A stretch of 64,000 nucleotides of DNA from an uncultured Bacteroidota bacterium (lineage in GTDB: Bacteria > Bacteroidota > Bacteroidia > Flavobacteriales > BACL11): NCBI GenBank assembly GCA_902533655.1, contig CACAMX010000001.1:6408-70407 (forward strand), read 5' to 3'. The translations under genes were made by a program, and so were the position numbers. This document shows, one piece after another, positions 17,961 through 27,909 of this stretch (positions are counted from its first letter, which is position 1; every line of letters starts with the position of its first letter). Under the pieces are notes generated by a model that worked only from the letters and a program-made list of their open reading frames with translations, searched no databases and was not told the DNA's origin.

Positions 17961-19025
17961 CTATTTCAACAGATGTTTTCTTAAAAATTTACTCCCCCTG
18001 ATTTCAACATGCTTATAAGTAAAATTAGAGTATAATATTGTTAAAATTAAACACAGAATGAATATTATAATTTGAATTGTATCATTATTTGGTATACTAA
18101 GAACTTTAAATAAAATATTAGGAAAAATATATAATATTATAAAATGATTGAGATATGTTGAGTAAGAAATTCTGCCTAAAAACTGCATAGGTTCTTTCTC
18201 AAGAATGCTAGATATCCATCCATTTGTCTTAATTAATATAAATATAGATAGTCCAAAAATTACTGGCACTAAGAATTCAAAATATACTCTAATACTATTG
18301 CCGACATTAATGTGTAAGATATAAAGAATACTAGTGAGCAGAAAAGGTATTGTGTATTCTAAATAGTTATTAAGTTGAAATTTTAATAAATTTAATTCCC
18401 AAATAAAATATCCCACCAAGAAACACATTAAACCTCTTATAAATCCATAATCTCCAAAAACGAAAAATGTTCCATAATCTAATAAGGTGATCGTTGATAG
18501 ACACATGATACATAAGAATAGAACAATTTTGAGGTTTTTGATTAATATTACGCTTAATAAACCAAAAACAATATAAGATATCATTTCTGCAGAGATAGAC
18601 CAAGAAGGGTGATTCATTCCTAAAGAATCTCCAAGTAGAGGAGTTGAATTTAAAAAAGTTAATGAATCTAACGTTGTATATATTTGTTCCATTAATGAAC
18701 TTCCTTCATCTATATATTTAGTGAGAAAATTATTTGATACTATCATGGCTACTAAGCAAATGTTGACCGTGAAAAAAAGAAGTGGATATAATCGGATAAA
18801 CCTTTTCTTTAGGTAGGTCCAAAAATCTTTGAAATTACTAAGAGAATAATAATTATGGGCTATAACAAATCCGCTTAACACAAAGAAAAAATCAACAAAA
18901 GTATGAGACTCTCTAATGATAAAGAAGTTATATAAATAATAAGGCAAGAAATCTTGAGAATAATGATAGATTACAACCATTACACTACAAATTCCTCTCA
19001 GACCATCTAATTTCTTAATTCGCAT
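17961..19025 (-). CDS. Acyltransferase family 3 (membrane O-acyltransferase)
   Basis: 354 aa with about 10 TM segments. N-terminal KLDGLRGICSVMVVIYH signature of acyltransferase_3. Confidence 0.8.
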   Translation of the reverse strand: MRIKKLDGLRGICSVMVVIYHYSQDFLPYYLYNFFIIRESHTFVDFFFVLSGFVIAHNYYSLSNFKDFWTYLKKRFIRLYPLLFFTVNICLVAMIVSNNFLTKYIDEGSSLMEQIYTTLDSLTFLNSTPLLGDSLGMNHPSWSISAEMISYIVFGLLSVILIKNLKIVLFLCIMCLSTITLLDYGTFFVFGDYGFIRGLMCFLVGYFIWELNLLKFQLNNYLEYTIPFLLTSILYILHINVGNSIRVYFEFLVPVIFGLSIFILIKTNGWISSILEKEPMQFLGRISYSTYLNHFIILYIFPNILFKVLSIPNNDTIQIIIFILCLILTILYSNFTYKHVEIRGSKFLRKHLLK

Positions 19026-19212
19026 TTAAATTGAATTTATCTCTTCAAAACTAAGAAAAAGAATATACTGCGCATTAGATAGACTTTAGAAATTGAAACC
19101 AATTTATAGAGTTTGATGAAAAATTAAAAGTGACTTGTAACACTTAAAAATCAATAACAGGAATTTACAATTTGATTAAGGAAGTTTTCTATTCCAAATG
19201 TTTGGTCTATCC

Positions 19213-21045
19213 CTATTCAACAGTGACTGACTTAGCTAAATTTCTTGGCTGATCAACATCACAACATCTTAAGACAGCAATATGGTATGATAATAGTTGA
19301 AGAGGAATGACTGAAATTATTGGAGACAAATACTTGTTAACTTTTGGAACCTTGATTACGTGCTCAGAAATCTTTGAGATTGCATCATCATCATCAAATA
19401 CTATTGAAATAATTCTTCCACCTCTTGATTTTACTTCAAGAGCGTTACTGAAAATTTTTGAGTAATACTCATCTTCAGTAGCTATTACCAGCACAGGCAT
19501 TTTTTCATCAATAAGAGCAATTGGTCCATGCTTCATTTCAGCTGCTGGATATCCTTCAGCATGGATATAAGAAATTTCTTTTAATTTAAGTGCACCTTCT
19601 AAAGCAACTGGAAAATTCATTCCTCTTCCTAAGTACAAAAAATTGTCAGAATCTTTGAACTCTTTTGAAATCTTTTCAATTTTTTTATCAACTTTAAGAG
19701 ATTCCTCTACTAATGATGGAAGCATTTGAATTTCAATTAACATTCTTTGGTAATCCCTATCCCTAATTGATGACTTTTCTTTTCCAAATCTAAGCGCTAT
19801 CAAAAGTAAAAGTGTTAATTGAGTTGTGAAAGCTTTTGTTGATGCAACTCCTATTTCAGGCCCCGCATGTGTGTAAGCACCTCCATCATTTTCTCTAGCA
19901 ATACTTGAGCCAACTACATTACATATTGCAAGAGTTGTAGCTCCCCGACTTTTTGCAAGTTTTTGAGCAGCAAGAGTATCTGCTGTTTCACCAGATTGTG
20001 TTATACTTAATACAACATCTTTTTCATTTAAAACTGGATTTCTGTATCTAAACTCTGATGCATACTGTACATCAACATTTATTCTTGCTATACTTTCAAA
20101 AAAATATGATGCAACTAAACCAGCATGCCATGATGTGCCACAGGCTATTATTGTTAGTCTATTTGCTTTTATTATTTTTTTTTCAAAATCTTTTATGCCT
20201 GCAAACTTTATTTTATTTTTCTTAATTCTACCTCTAAGCGTAGATTGAATACTTTTTGGTTGCTCGAAAATCTCTTTTAACATGAAATAATCATAACCTC
20301 CTTTTTCAATATCTTCGATTGACAAAGCTAATTCTTGAACAAATGGAGATACTTTTTTGTTACTTACTGTTTTGATTTGAAGTCCGGTTTTAATATTAAT
20401 TCTTGCAACCTCATCATCATTTAAATAAACAACATTTTTTGTATGCTCGATTATTGGACTAGCATCTGATGCAACATAATACTCACCATCCTCAATTCCA
20501 ATTACTAATGGAGAACCTTTTCTTGCAACAACGATTTCATTTAAATTATTTTTTTCTATGACAACTATTGCATAAGCTCCAATTACCTGCTTTAATGCAG
20601 ATCTTACTGATTCAAACAAATCTAAATTTTCGCTTTTTTGTTCATATTCTATTAAATTGATTAAAACTTCTGTGTCAGTTTCTGAATAAAACTTAAATCC
20701 TTTTTTTTCTAATAATTTTTTTATTGAATCATAATTTTCGATTATTCCATTGTGAACAATAGCCAATCTTTCAGAATTTGATAAGTGAGGATGGGCATTA
20801 ATTTTATTTGGTTTTCCATGAGTTGCCCACCTGGTATGACCAATTCCTATAAAGGCGCTATTGGGTCTTTTATTAAACTCATTCTCTAAATCTTTAACCT
20901 TACCCTTTGACTTATACGTCAGCAAAGAATTTTTGAGCAAGCAAATACCTGCACTATCGTAGCCTCTATACTCTAGTCTTTTTAACCCCTTAATAATGAT
21001 TGGGTAGGCGTTCTTGTTGCCAATGTAAGAAGCAATTCCACACAT
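19213..21045 (-). CDS. glmS: Glutamine--fructose-6-phosphate aminotransferase (isomerizing)
   Basis: 610 aa. N-terminal MCGI nucleophile, SIS-domain motifs and a C-terminal LAKSVTVE. Confidence 0.95.
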   Translation of the reverse strand: MCGIASYIGNKNAYPIIIKGLKRLEYRGYDSAGICLLKNSLLTYKSKGKVKDLENEFNKRPNSAFIGIGHTRWATHGKPNKINAHPHLSNSERLAIVHNGIIENYDSIKKLLEKKGFKFYSETDTEVLINLIEYEQKSENLDLFESVRSALKQVIGAYAIVVIEKNNLNEIVVARKGSPLVIGIEDGEYYVASDASPIIEHTKNVVYLNDDEVARINIKTGLQIKTVSNKKVSPFVQELALSIEDIEKGGYDYFMLKEIFEQPKSIQSTLRGRIKKNKIKFAGIKDFEKKIIKANRLTIIACGTSWHAGLVASYFFESIARINVDVQYASEFRYRNPVLNEKDVVLSITQSGETADTLAAQKLAKSRGATTLAICNVVGSSIARENDGGAYTHAGPEIGVASTKAFTTQLTLLLLIALRFGKEKSSIRDRDYQRMLIEIQMLPSLVEESLKVDKKIEKISKEFKDSDNFLYLGRGMNFPVALEGALKLKEISYIHAEGYPAAEMKHGPIALIDEKMPVLVIATEDEYYSKIFSNALEVKSRGGRIISIVFDDDDAISKISEHVIKVPKVNKYLSPIISVIPLQLLSYHIAVLRCCDVDQPRNLAKSVTVE

Positions 21046-21072
21046 TTCTCAAAAGTAACAATTTATGATAAG

Positions 21073-22338
21073 TTATTTTAAATCAGAATAAATTACTTCT
21101 AATAAAAAGCTTGATTTTGGAATTATTGATCTATTTGAGTTAATAACAGCTCCAGATGGTAGTAAATACAATTCATTTGTAAAATCTGATGATTCATTAA
21201 TTAAATCACTGAAATATCTTGTTATATTAAATGTAAAGTTATTGTTCTCATTCTGCCCGCCAAAATGTGACTCTCCCTCAATTAAGAAATCGCTTAAAAA
21301 AACGTTTTCTCCTGCTAAATTGTTTCTAACTAAGAAAAGTTTTTCGTGAGGTTCAAATTCTATATCTTCATTACAAAAGAATTTGAGACTAACTTTGTTT
21401 ATCACTTTATTTTTTAAAGTATCCTTAATAATTTCTAAATCATTAAACTTTATGGACGTTTTAAAACTTGACATCGACTGAACATAACAACTATCTGTAG
21501 AAGAAGTAAGTTGTTGAAGATTTTTTTTGTTAAAAAGATTGATTCTAGCAGCATCACCTCCTAGATCAAAGTCAAGCGACCTAACTGAATCGATAATTGA
21601 AATGTCTCTGTAATAAATAGTAAATTTTGATTTTTGATTGTCAGGGTTGAGGTATAGTATTGTATTATCAGTTGCTGAATTTAAATTTGACGGATCTGTA
21701 GTGGAAACCTTTATTCCGTAAAAATATTGAAGAAATTCTTCATTAGAAACTAGAGCCCCGATATTTTCTCCATTTATAATTTCTTGACCAATTGCAATAT
21801 CTAATGATATTCTAATTATTGACACAGAGTTAGAATCCTTAATAATTTTGTTGGTGTATGAAAAAAGTTCAGATTGATTGTACGAAATGGGATAATTTGA
21901 AAAATATGATGAATCTTTGTGTATTGGTGTTGTTAATTTTGATACATAAAGGTTAGGAAAAGACTGAATTTCATTTCCATAATAATCATCTATTACATAT
22001 TGTAATATCACACTATCTATAATAATATTTGTAATGTCACCAAGACTAATGTTATTTGAAGAAAGTAGTAGACTATTTATAAAGTGTGCATTTGCTTTTG
22101 GAAATATTGGATCACTTGTAAGACTACCAAGCAACAATCTAGCTGGCTCATCTGATCTTAATGAATCTTCAGCAATAGTAATTGTTTCAAAAGAAAAAAA
22201 ATTTGAATTATTTTTTATAATAATCTTGTCGTCGCTTGGGTGAATATCTAAACCTATCTCTGAAGGTTCCTTACACGAAAACGTTAGACATAAAACAAAA
22301 CAAAAAAATATTTCTAATTTTGGACTAAACAGCTTCAA
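21073..22338 (-). CDS. DUF4270-like lipoprotein (hypothetical)
   Basis: 421 aa. Signal with CLTFSC lipobox-like Cys. It sits between a short GlgA-like gene and glmS, which is the conserved Bacteroidota context of DUF4270 as I recall it. The ORF-track start is TTG. Confidence 0.5.
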   Translation of the reverse strand: MKLFSPKLEIFFCFVLCLTFSCKEPSEIGLDIHPSDDKIIIKNNSNFFSFETITIAEDSLRSDEPARLLLGSLTSDPIFPKANAHFINSLLLSSNNISLGDITNIIIDSVILQYVIDDYYGNEIQSFPNLYVSKLTTPIHKDSSYFSNYPISYNQSELFSYTNKIIKDSNSVSIIRISLDIAIGQEIINGENIGALVSNEEFLQYFYGIKVSTTDPSNLNSATDNTILYLNPDNQKSKFTIYYRDISIIDSVRSLDFDLGGDAARINLFNKKNLQQLTSSTDSCYVQSMSSFKTSIKFNDLEIIKDTLKNKVINKVSLKFFCNEDIEFEPHEKLFLVRNNLAGENVFLSDFLIEGESHFGGQNENNNFTFNITRYFSDLINESSDFTNELYLLPSGAVINSNRSIIPKSSFLLEVIYSDLK

Positions 22339-23173
22339 CTAATTGCTTCTTTTTTTTTGTTTTTTTTGAATTAGCTGCGTTTTCGTAAAAAGAAAGACAT
22401 TGCTTCTCAAAATTATCATCATCAGTTTTTACTAATAAAGGTACGTTTGTAATTTTAATAAAATCAAGTAGACTTTTACTTAATTTTTTTGACCCCAGAA
22501 CAACTGAATCTGAATAGCTGATTGCAAACTTGTTGAGATTTTCAAATGTGGGGTTATTAATTAGTTCGACATCCTTACTAGTAAGGTCTTCAAATAATAG
22601 CTTTTCAGAGAGTAAGTTGTTTAAATCTCCTTTAAATGAGTTGTCAAAGACAGTGTAGTAGACTTTTGTTTTTGAAAATAATGGATCCTGAGAATATAAT
22701 TTTTTAATATACATAGGTACAAGAGCAGAAAACCATCCATTACAATGTATAATATCTGGGGCCCAACCTAATTTCTTAACAGTCTCTATTACACCTTTAC
22801 AAAAAAACATCATCCTCTCATCATTATTTTGCATGAATTTACCTTCAAGATCATTTAAGTAATGTCTCTTTGGGAAATACTCTTCGTTGTCAATAAAATA
22901 TACTTGCATTCTAGAGTGCTGAATTGAAGCAACTTTAATTATTAATTGATGATCAAAATCATCTATTATGAGGTTCATACCTGAGAGTCTTATTACTTCG
23001 TGAAGTTGATGTCTTCTTTCATTGATTGTTCCAAATTTTGGCATGAAAATTCTAATATCATTATCATTTTCTTGAACAAACTGTGGTAAATTCATGCAAA
23101 AATTTGATCTTTTATTTTCTTTTGTATATGGAGAAATTTCCTGAGATACGTATAAAATTCTTTTCTTTCCCAT
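22325..23173 (-). CDS. Short glycogen/starch-synthase-like protein (N-terminal GT5-like domain only)
   Basis: 282 aa, against about 480 aa for GlgA. ILYVSQEISPY and PDIIHCNGWFSALVP resemble the GlgA N-domain. No K-x-GGL motif and no C-terminal GT-B half are present. Confidence 0.6.
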   Translation of the reverse strand: MGKKRILYVSQEISPYTKENKRSNFCMNLPQFVQENDNDIRIFMPKFGTINERRHQLHEVIRLSGMNLIIDDFDHQLIIKVASIQHSRMQVYFIDNEEYFPKRHYLNDLEGKFMQNNDERMMFFCKGVIETVKKLGWAPDIIHCNGWFSALVPMYIKKLYSQDPLFSKTKVYYTVFDNSFKGDLNNLLSEKLLFEDLTSKDVELINNPTFENLNKFAISYSDSVVLGSKKLSKSLLDFIKITNVPLLVKTDDDNFEKQCLSFYENAANSKKTKKKKQLVEAV

Positions 23174-23256
23174 TATTAAGATTTAAATCGCTTTACAAAA
23201 ATATATAAAAAAATTCTTTAAATGAAGCATTTAAGGTAGTTTTGTTTATACTTAAA

Positions 23257-24096
23257 ATGAAGATAATAAAGAAAAAATCTAAGCTAAAAGTAGCTCTGAA
23301 TTCACTATCTAATCAAACAATTGGATTTGTTCCCACAATGGGAGCTTTACATGATGGGCACATTTCCTTGATCAAAGCATCAAATTCAAGATGTGATATA
23401 ACAGTATGTAGTATATACATTAATCCAACACAGTTTAATTCACAAAAAGATTTAAGCAATTATCCCTCCAATTTAAAAAAAGATATTGAATTTTTGAAAA
23501 AAAATCAATGTGACATAGTTTTTACACCAAATGATTTTGAACTTTATGACGGCAATGTAAAAAGCTGTGAGTTTAATTTGAATAAACTTGATAAGTATAT
23601 GGAAGGAAAATATAGGCCTGGTCATTTTCAAGGAGTAGCAACTGTAGTTACTAAATTATTTGAAATAATAAAACCAAATTTTGCATTTTTTGGAGAGAAA
23701 GATTTACAACAACTTATGATAATAAAACATATTTCTAATGAGTCTGATATTAAGATTTTTTCTGTTCCTACGTTTAGAGATAAAAATGGAATTGCTCTAA
23801 GCTCAAGAAACAATAATTTGACAAAAGACAGCTATAGATCAGCAACAATAATCTTTAAATCTCTTTGTTATTGTAGAGACAATATCAATAAATATGATAT
23901 TGTAACTTTGAAGAATAAAGTAAAAAAATTGTTTGAAAGAAGTAAATTTAATTTAGAGTATTTGGAGTTTGTCAGTATGGAAACTATGCATCCAATAGAT
24001 TTCTCTTGTCATAATTTTGCAATTTGTATTGCAGCCACTGTTGAAAATATTAGATTAATTGATAATATCATTATAAATGCGAAAGAAACTAATTAA
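23257..24096 (+). CDS. panC: Pantoate--beta-alanine ligase
   Basis: Motifs GFVPTMGALHDGH, FGEKDLQQ and ALSSRN. I use ATG 23257; the ORF-track start at 23242 is TTG. Confidence 0.9.
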   Translation: MKIIKKKSKLKVALNSLSNQTIGFVPTMGALHDGHISLIKASNSRCDITVCSIYINPTQFNSQKDLSNYPSNLKKDIEFLKKNQCDIVFTPNDFELYDGNVKSCEFNLNKLDKYMEGKYRPGHFQGVATVVTKLFEIIKPNFAFFGEKDLQQLMIIKHISNESDIKIFSVPTFRDKNGIALSSRNNNLTKDSYRSATIIFKSLCYCRDNINKYDIVTLKNKVKKLFERSKFNLEYLEFVSMETMHPIDFSCHNFAICIAATVENIRLIDNIIINAKETN

Positions 24097-25069
24097 CTCA
24101 ATAAAATATCTTCTTTTTGGATTTTTAGCTTTTTTACTACTTGCGCTAGCTCTAAAAAACCAAAATCCGAGAGAACTACTACAAAGTTTAGCTAATTTAG
24201 AAATGAATTGGATTTATCTCTCAATCGTGTTGGGAGCATTAGCTATTGTTTTGCGAGGTGTTAGATGGATTCATATGATACAATCGCTAGGGTATAATTG
24301 TAAAGTTTCAAACAGTATTAATGCTGTTGCGATTGGCTATTTAACAAATTTAGCAATTCCAAGAGCTGGTGAAATTTCAAGATGCACAGCACTAAATAAA
24401 AAGGAAAATATACCAGTTGATAAATTATTTGGCACTATAATTGCTGAAAGAACTATTGATTTATTAGCTCTTATTTCTCTTTTGACATTAATGTTTATTG
24501 TTAATCTGGAAAAAATTAATATTTTTTTTAATTCTGTTTTTAGCAAAGCTCAAACATTACCCATTAACTCAATACTTCTTTTTGTTATTAGCCTATTAGC
24601 AATTTCATCTATTTTTTTCACATACATAAAAAAAAATCAATCTTCAACTGTTGTAATAAAAATTAAAGATTTCTTGAAAGGCATCAAAGAAGGATTTACA
24701 AGTGTAAAAAAAATTAAAAACAAATCTTCATTTTGGATTCATACCGCTTTGATATGGGGTTTATATGCTTCAATGACATACATATGTTTTTTTGCTATCA
24801 GCGAAACTAACTCACTAAGTTTTATGGATGGAATATACATAATGGTAATAGGCGGTATTGGCATGGTAGTTCCAACTCAAGGAGGCATTGGCTCATATCA
24901 TCTAGCTACTAAACTGGGACTAATGAGTTTAGGAATAAGTGCTGATTCAGCACTTATTTTTGCTTTTGCTGTTCATACTGCACAAACTTTAATGGCTCTA
25001 GTTTTTGGAGCAATTTCATTAGCTTTACTTTTCATTTCAAAAAATAATACCAAGTATGTCACTAATTAG
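24077..25069 (+). CDS. Flippase-like / LPG-synthase-TM (UPF0104) membrane protein
   Basis: 330 aa with about 8 TM segments. LRGVRWIHMIQSLGY and IPRAGEISR motifs typical of the family. Confidence 0.65.
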   Translation: MRKKLINSIKYLLFGFLAFLLLALALKNQNPRELLQSLANLEMNWIYLSIVLGALAIVLRGVRWIHMIQSLGYNCKVSNSINAVAIGYLTNLAIPRAGEISRCTALNKKENIPVDKLFGTIIAERTIDLLALISLLTLMFIVNLEKINIFFNSVFSKAQTLPINSILLFVISLLAISSIFFTYIKKNQSSTVVIKIKDFLKGIKEGFTSVKKIKNKSSFWIHTALIWGLYASMTYICFFAISETNSLSFMDGIYIMVIGGIGMVVPTQGGIGSYHLATKLGLMSLGISADSALIFAFAVHTAQTLMALVFGAISLALLFISKNNTKYVTN

Positions 25070-25544
25070 TAAAGTAAGAGAAAAAATAATTAACACTGAC
25101 ATCTTAGCTTTAAAGGTTAGTAAGTGGAAAAAAAATAAAATGAAAGTAGCCTTTACGAACGGATGCTTTGATATTTTACATCTAGGTCATCTTAAAATTC
25201 TCACAAAATCTAAAGAATTTGGAGATAGGCTAATTGTAGCTATCAACTCTGATGAATCAGTAAGAAAACTTAAAGGAAAAGAAAGACCTGTAAATGACTT
25301 TCAAACCAGATCTCACATGCTAGCTTCTTTCTCTTTTGTTGATTATGTAGTCAAATTTAGTGATGATACTCCTAAGGAATTAATTCAAAAAATTAAGCCT
25401 GATTTTTTAATTAAAGGAGGTGATTATAAAAAAAAGGATATTGTGGGAAATGACATTGTAAGTTCATATGGGGGAGAGACAGTCATAATTCCTTTAATTA
25501 ATGGTCTTTCAAGTACAAATACCATAAAAAAGATTAATAAATAG
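25056..25544 (+). CDS. Cytidylyltransferase-like protein (RfaE domain II-type D-beta-D-heptose 1-phosphate adenylyltransferase)
   Basis: 162 aa. The VAFTNGCFDILHLGH nucleotidyltransferase motif and the SST motif near the C-terminus. Confidence 0.75.
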   Translation: MSLISKVREKIINTDILALKVSKWKKNKMKVAFTNGCFDILHLGHLKILTKSKEFGDRLIVAINSDESVRKLKGKERPVNDFQTRSHMLASFSFVDYVVKFSDDTPKELIQKIKPDFLIKGGDYKKKDIVGNDIVSSYGGETVIIPLINGLSSTNTIKKINK

Positions 25545-26908
25545 TGATAATAAAAAGGAAAGTTAGATCTGCTTTTTTCTGTCAAAATTGTGGTCATCAA
25601 TCACCAAAATGGTTAGGAAAGTGTCCACAATGTAGTGAGTGGAATACATTTGTTGAGGAGACTATTAACAATGATAATAATGTAAGCAGTTCTTTTAAAA
25701 ATAAAAGAGTCAACAAAGCTGTATTAGTTTCTGATATTGACTATAGCCAAGAGGAAAGAATAGTCACTAAAGATTCAGAACTTAACAGAGTTTTAGGTGG
25801 AGGTATTGTTCCTGGCTCTATAGTTCTTCTTGGGGGTGATCCAGGCATTGGAAAGTCTACGTTATTACTTCAGTTTGCATTGAGCTCAATATCAAAAAGA
25901 ACTTTATATGTTTCTGGAGAAGAAAGTGAGAAACAAATTAAAATGCGTGCTGAAAGAATAAATAAAAGCTCTAAAAACTGTTACATTTTAACAGAGACTA
26001 ACACACAAAATATTTTTCATCAAATTGAAAGCTTAGAGCCAGAAATTTTAGTAATTGATTCAATTCAAACACTTCATTCATCTGAAATAGAATCATCTGC
26101 TGGAAGTGTTTCTCAAGTTAAAGCTTGTACCTCAGAACTTTTAAAATATGCGAAAGAAAGTGGAACCGCAGTATTTTTAATAGGTCATATAAATAAGGAC
26201 GGGGCAATAGCAGGTCCAAAAATATTAGAACATATGGTTGACACAGTACTTCAGTTCGAAGGTGATAGAAATTATATATATCGTATACTGAGAACAGTGA
26301 AAAATCGTTTCGGTTCCGCATCTGAACTTGGAGTATATGAGATGAATAGCTATGGCCTAAGAGAAGTAGAAAACCCCTCAGAAATTCTAATTTCTGAGAG
26401 AGATGAAAAAACAAGTGGTGTAGCAATTGCTGGCACAATTGAAGGGGCTAGACCCTTACTAGTTGAAATTCAATCTCTAGTTAGCTCTGCTGTTTATGGT
26501 ACGCCTCAAAGATCTGCAACTGGATTTGATACAAGAAGAATGAATATGTTATTAGCTGTTCTTGAAAAAAGATGTGGTTTTAGACTTGGGGCAAAAGATG
26601 TTTTTTTAAACATTACTGGAGGAATTAGAATTGATGATACTGCAATAGACTTGGCAGTTATTTGTTCTATATTATCTTCAGATCAAAATATTGAACTCGA
26701 TACTCAAATATGTTTTGCAGGAGAAATTGGACTTTCTGGAGAAATTAGAGCTGTAAACAGAATTGAACTAAGAATAGCTGAAGCTGAGAAACTTGGTTAT
26801 AAACAAATTGTTATATCAAAGTATAATAGTCTAAACTTAAAAGATTTTAAAATTAAAATTTCAAAATTTGGTAAAATTGAAGAGGTATTTAAACTTCTCT
26901 TTGTTTGA
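25544..26908 (+). CDS. radA: DNA repair protein RadA
   Basis: 454 aa. N-terminal zinc finger CQNCGHQSPKWLGKCPQCSEW, Walker A GDPGIGKST, KNRFG motif and a Lon-like C-domain. GTG start, overlapping the upstream stop by 1 nt. Confidence 0.95.
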   Translation: MIIKRKVRSAFFCQNCGHQSPKWLGKCPQCSEWNTFVEETINNDNNVSSSFKNKRVNKAVLVSDIDYSQEERIVTKDSELNRVLGGGIVPGSIVLLGGDPGIGKSTLLLQFALSSISKRTLYVSGEESEKQIKMRAERINKSSKNCYILTETNTQNIFHQIESLEPEILVIDSIQTLHSSEIESSAGSVSQVKACTSELLKYAKESGTAVFLIGHINKDGAIAGPKILEHMVDTVLQFEGDRNYIYRILRTVKNRFGSASELGVYEMNSYGLREVENPSEILISERDEKTSGVAIAGTIEGARPLLVEIQSLVSSAVYGTPQRSATGFDTRRMNMLLAVLEKRCGFRLGAKDVFLNITGGIRIDDTAIDLAVICSILSSDQNIELDTQICFAGEIGLSGEIRAVNRIELRIAEAEKLGYKQIVISKYNSLNLKDFKIKISKFGKIEEVFKLLFV

Positions 26909-26967
26909 GATTCTATAAAACATATATAGTTTTAAAAGTATTTTTCATAATTAATTTAAATTAACAA

Positions 26968-27435
26968 CTAATATCCAAATTCATAATGTATACCAAAGCC
27001 AAAAGTTGTAAAGCTGAAATCATAATAAAATAAATCAACATCTCCATATCCAATTTCAATCGATGATTTAAGATTATCAGAAAACAATCCCCAAAAAAAA
27101 TAATTGAATTCCAAACCTGCGCCAATGCCATACCCAAAGACCGACTCATCTAATATTCCTTGGTTATAAAACCATTTACCTGCTTGAGCGTATAAAAATG
27201 GTTTTGTTGGAATAATTGCATCATTTTCATCAAAAAGATAATTATATCTACCTGAAAAGTTTGACACTATTCCTAAAGCACCATAAATTAATTGAATACT
27301 GTGATGATCATTTGGATTAAACTTTGCACTTAAACCATATGAAGGGAAAGAGTATTGAAGGCCTAATGAAGCCGTTTGTGAAAAGCTAGCTTTGGCAATA
27401 AAAAAAATAACAAGTAATTTAATAAGTTTTTTCAT
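26968..27435 (-). CDS. Small outer-membrane beta-barrel (porin-family) protein
   Basis: 155 aa. Signal peptide, alternating aromatic/Gly-rich strands and a C-terminal aromatic residue (YEFGY). Confidence 0.6.
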   Translation of the reverse strand: MKKLIKLLVIFFIAKASFSQTASLGLQYSFPSYGLSAKFNPNDHHSIQLIYGALGIVSNFSGRYNYLFDENDAIIPTKPFLYAQAGKWFYNQGILDESVFGYGIGAGLEFNYFFWGLFSDNLKSSIEIGYGDVDLFYYDFSFTTFGFGIHYEFGY

Positions 27436-27449
27436 AATATTTTTTAAAG

Positions 27450-27899
27450 TTACAAAATTTGAGAATAATGCTCTTTAGTATTTACTTTAGAAATAACATC
27501 TTCGATTTTGCCATTTTCATCAATTATAAATGTTGTTCTGACAATTCCCATGTACTCTCTGCCCATGAACTTTTTTAATTGCCATACTCCATAATCATTT
27601 ACTACTTTTTTATCTTCATCGGAAATTAAATTAAATGGAAGATTATATTTTTCAATAAATTTTTGATGTCTTTTCACGCTATCGCATGAAACTCCAATAA
27701 CATCATATCCTTTACTAATTAAATCAGAATAATTATCAGACAAATTACATGCTTGTGCTGTGCAGCCCGAAGTCATGTCTTTTGGGTAAAAATATAAAAC
27801 TACTTTTTTTCCTTTGTATTGATCAAGTGTGATCACTGATCCATTTTGATCAATGGCTTTTATTTTTGGAGCTTGATCTCCTATTTTTAATTTTGACAT
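27450..27899 (-). CDS. bcp: Thioredoxin-dependent thiol peroxidase (Bcp/PrxQ peroxiredoxin)
   Basis: 149 aa. FYPKDMTSGCTAQAC motif with peroxidatic and resolving Cys. Confidence 0.9.
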   Translation of the reverse strand: MSKLKIGDQAPKIKAIDQNGSVITLDQYKGKKVVLYFYPKDMTSGCTAQACNLSDNYSDLISKGYDVIGVSCDSVKRHQKFIEKYNLPFNLISDEDKKVVNDYGVWQLKKFMGREYMGIVRTTFIIDENGKIEDVISKVNTKEHYSQIL

Positions 27900-27909
27900 A
27901 ATTTATTAT

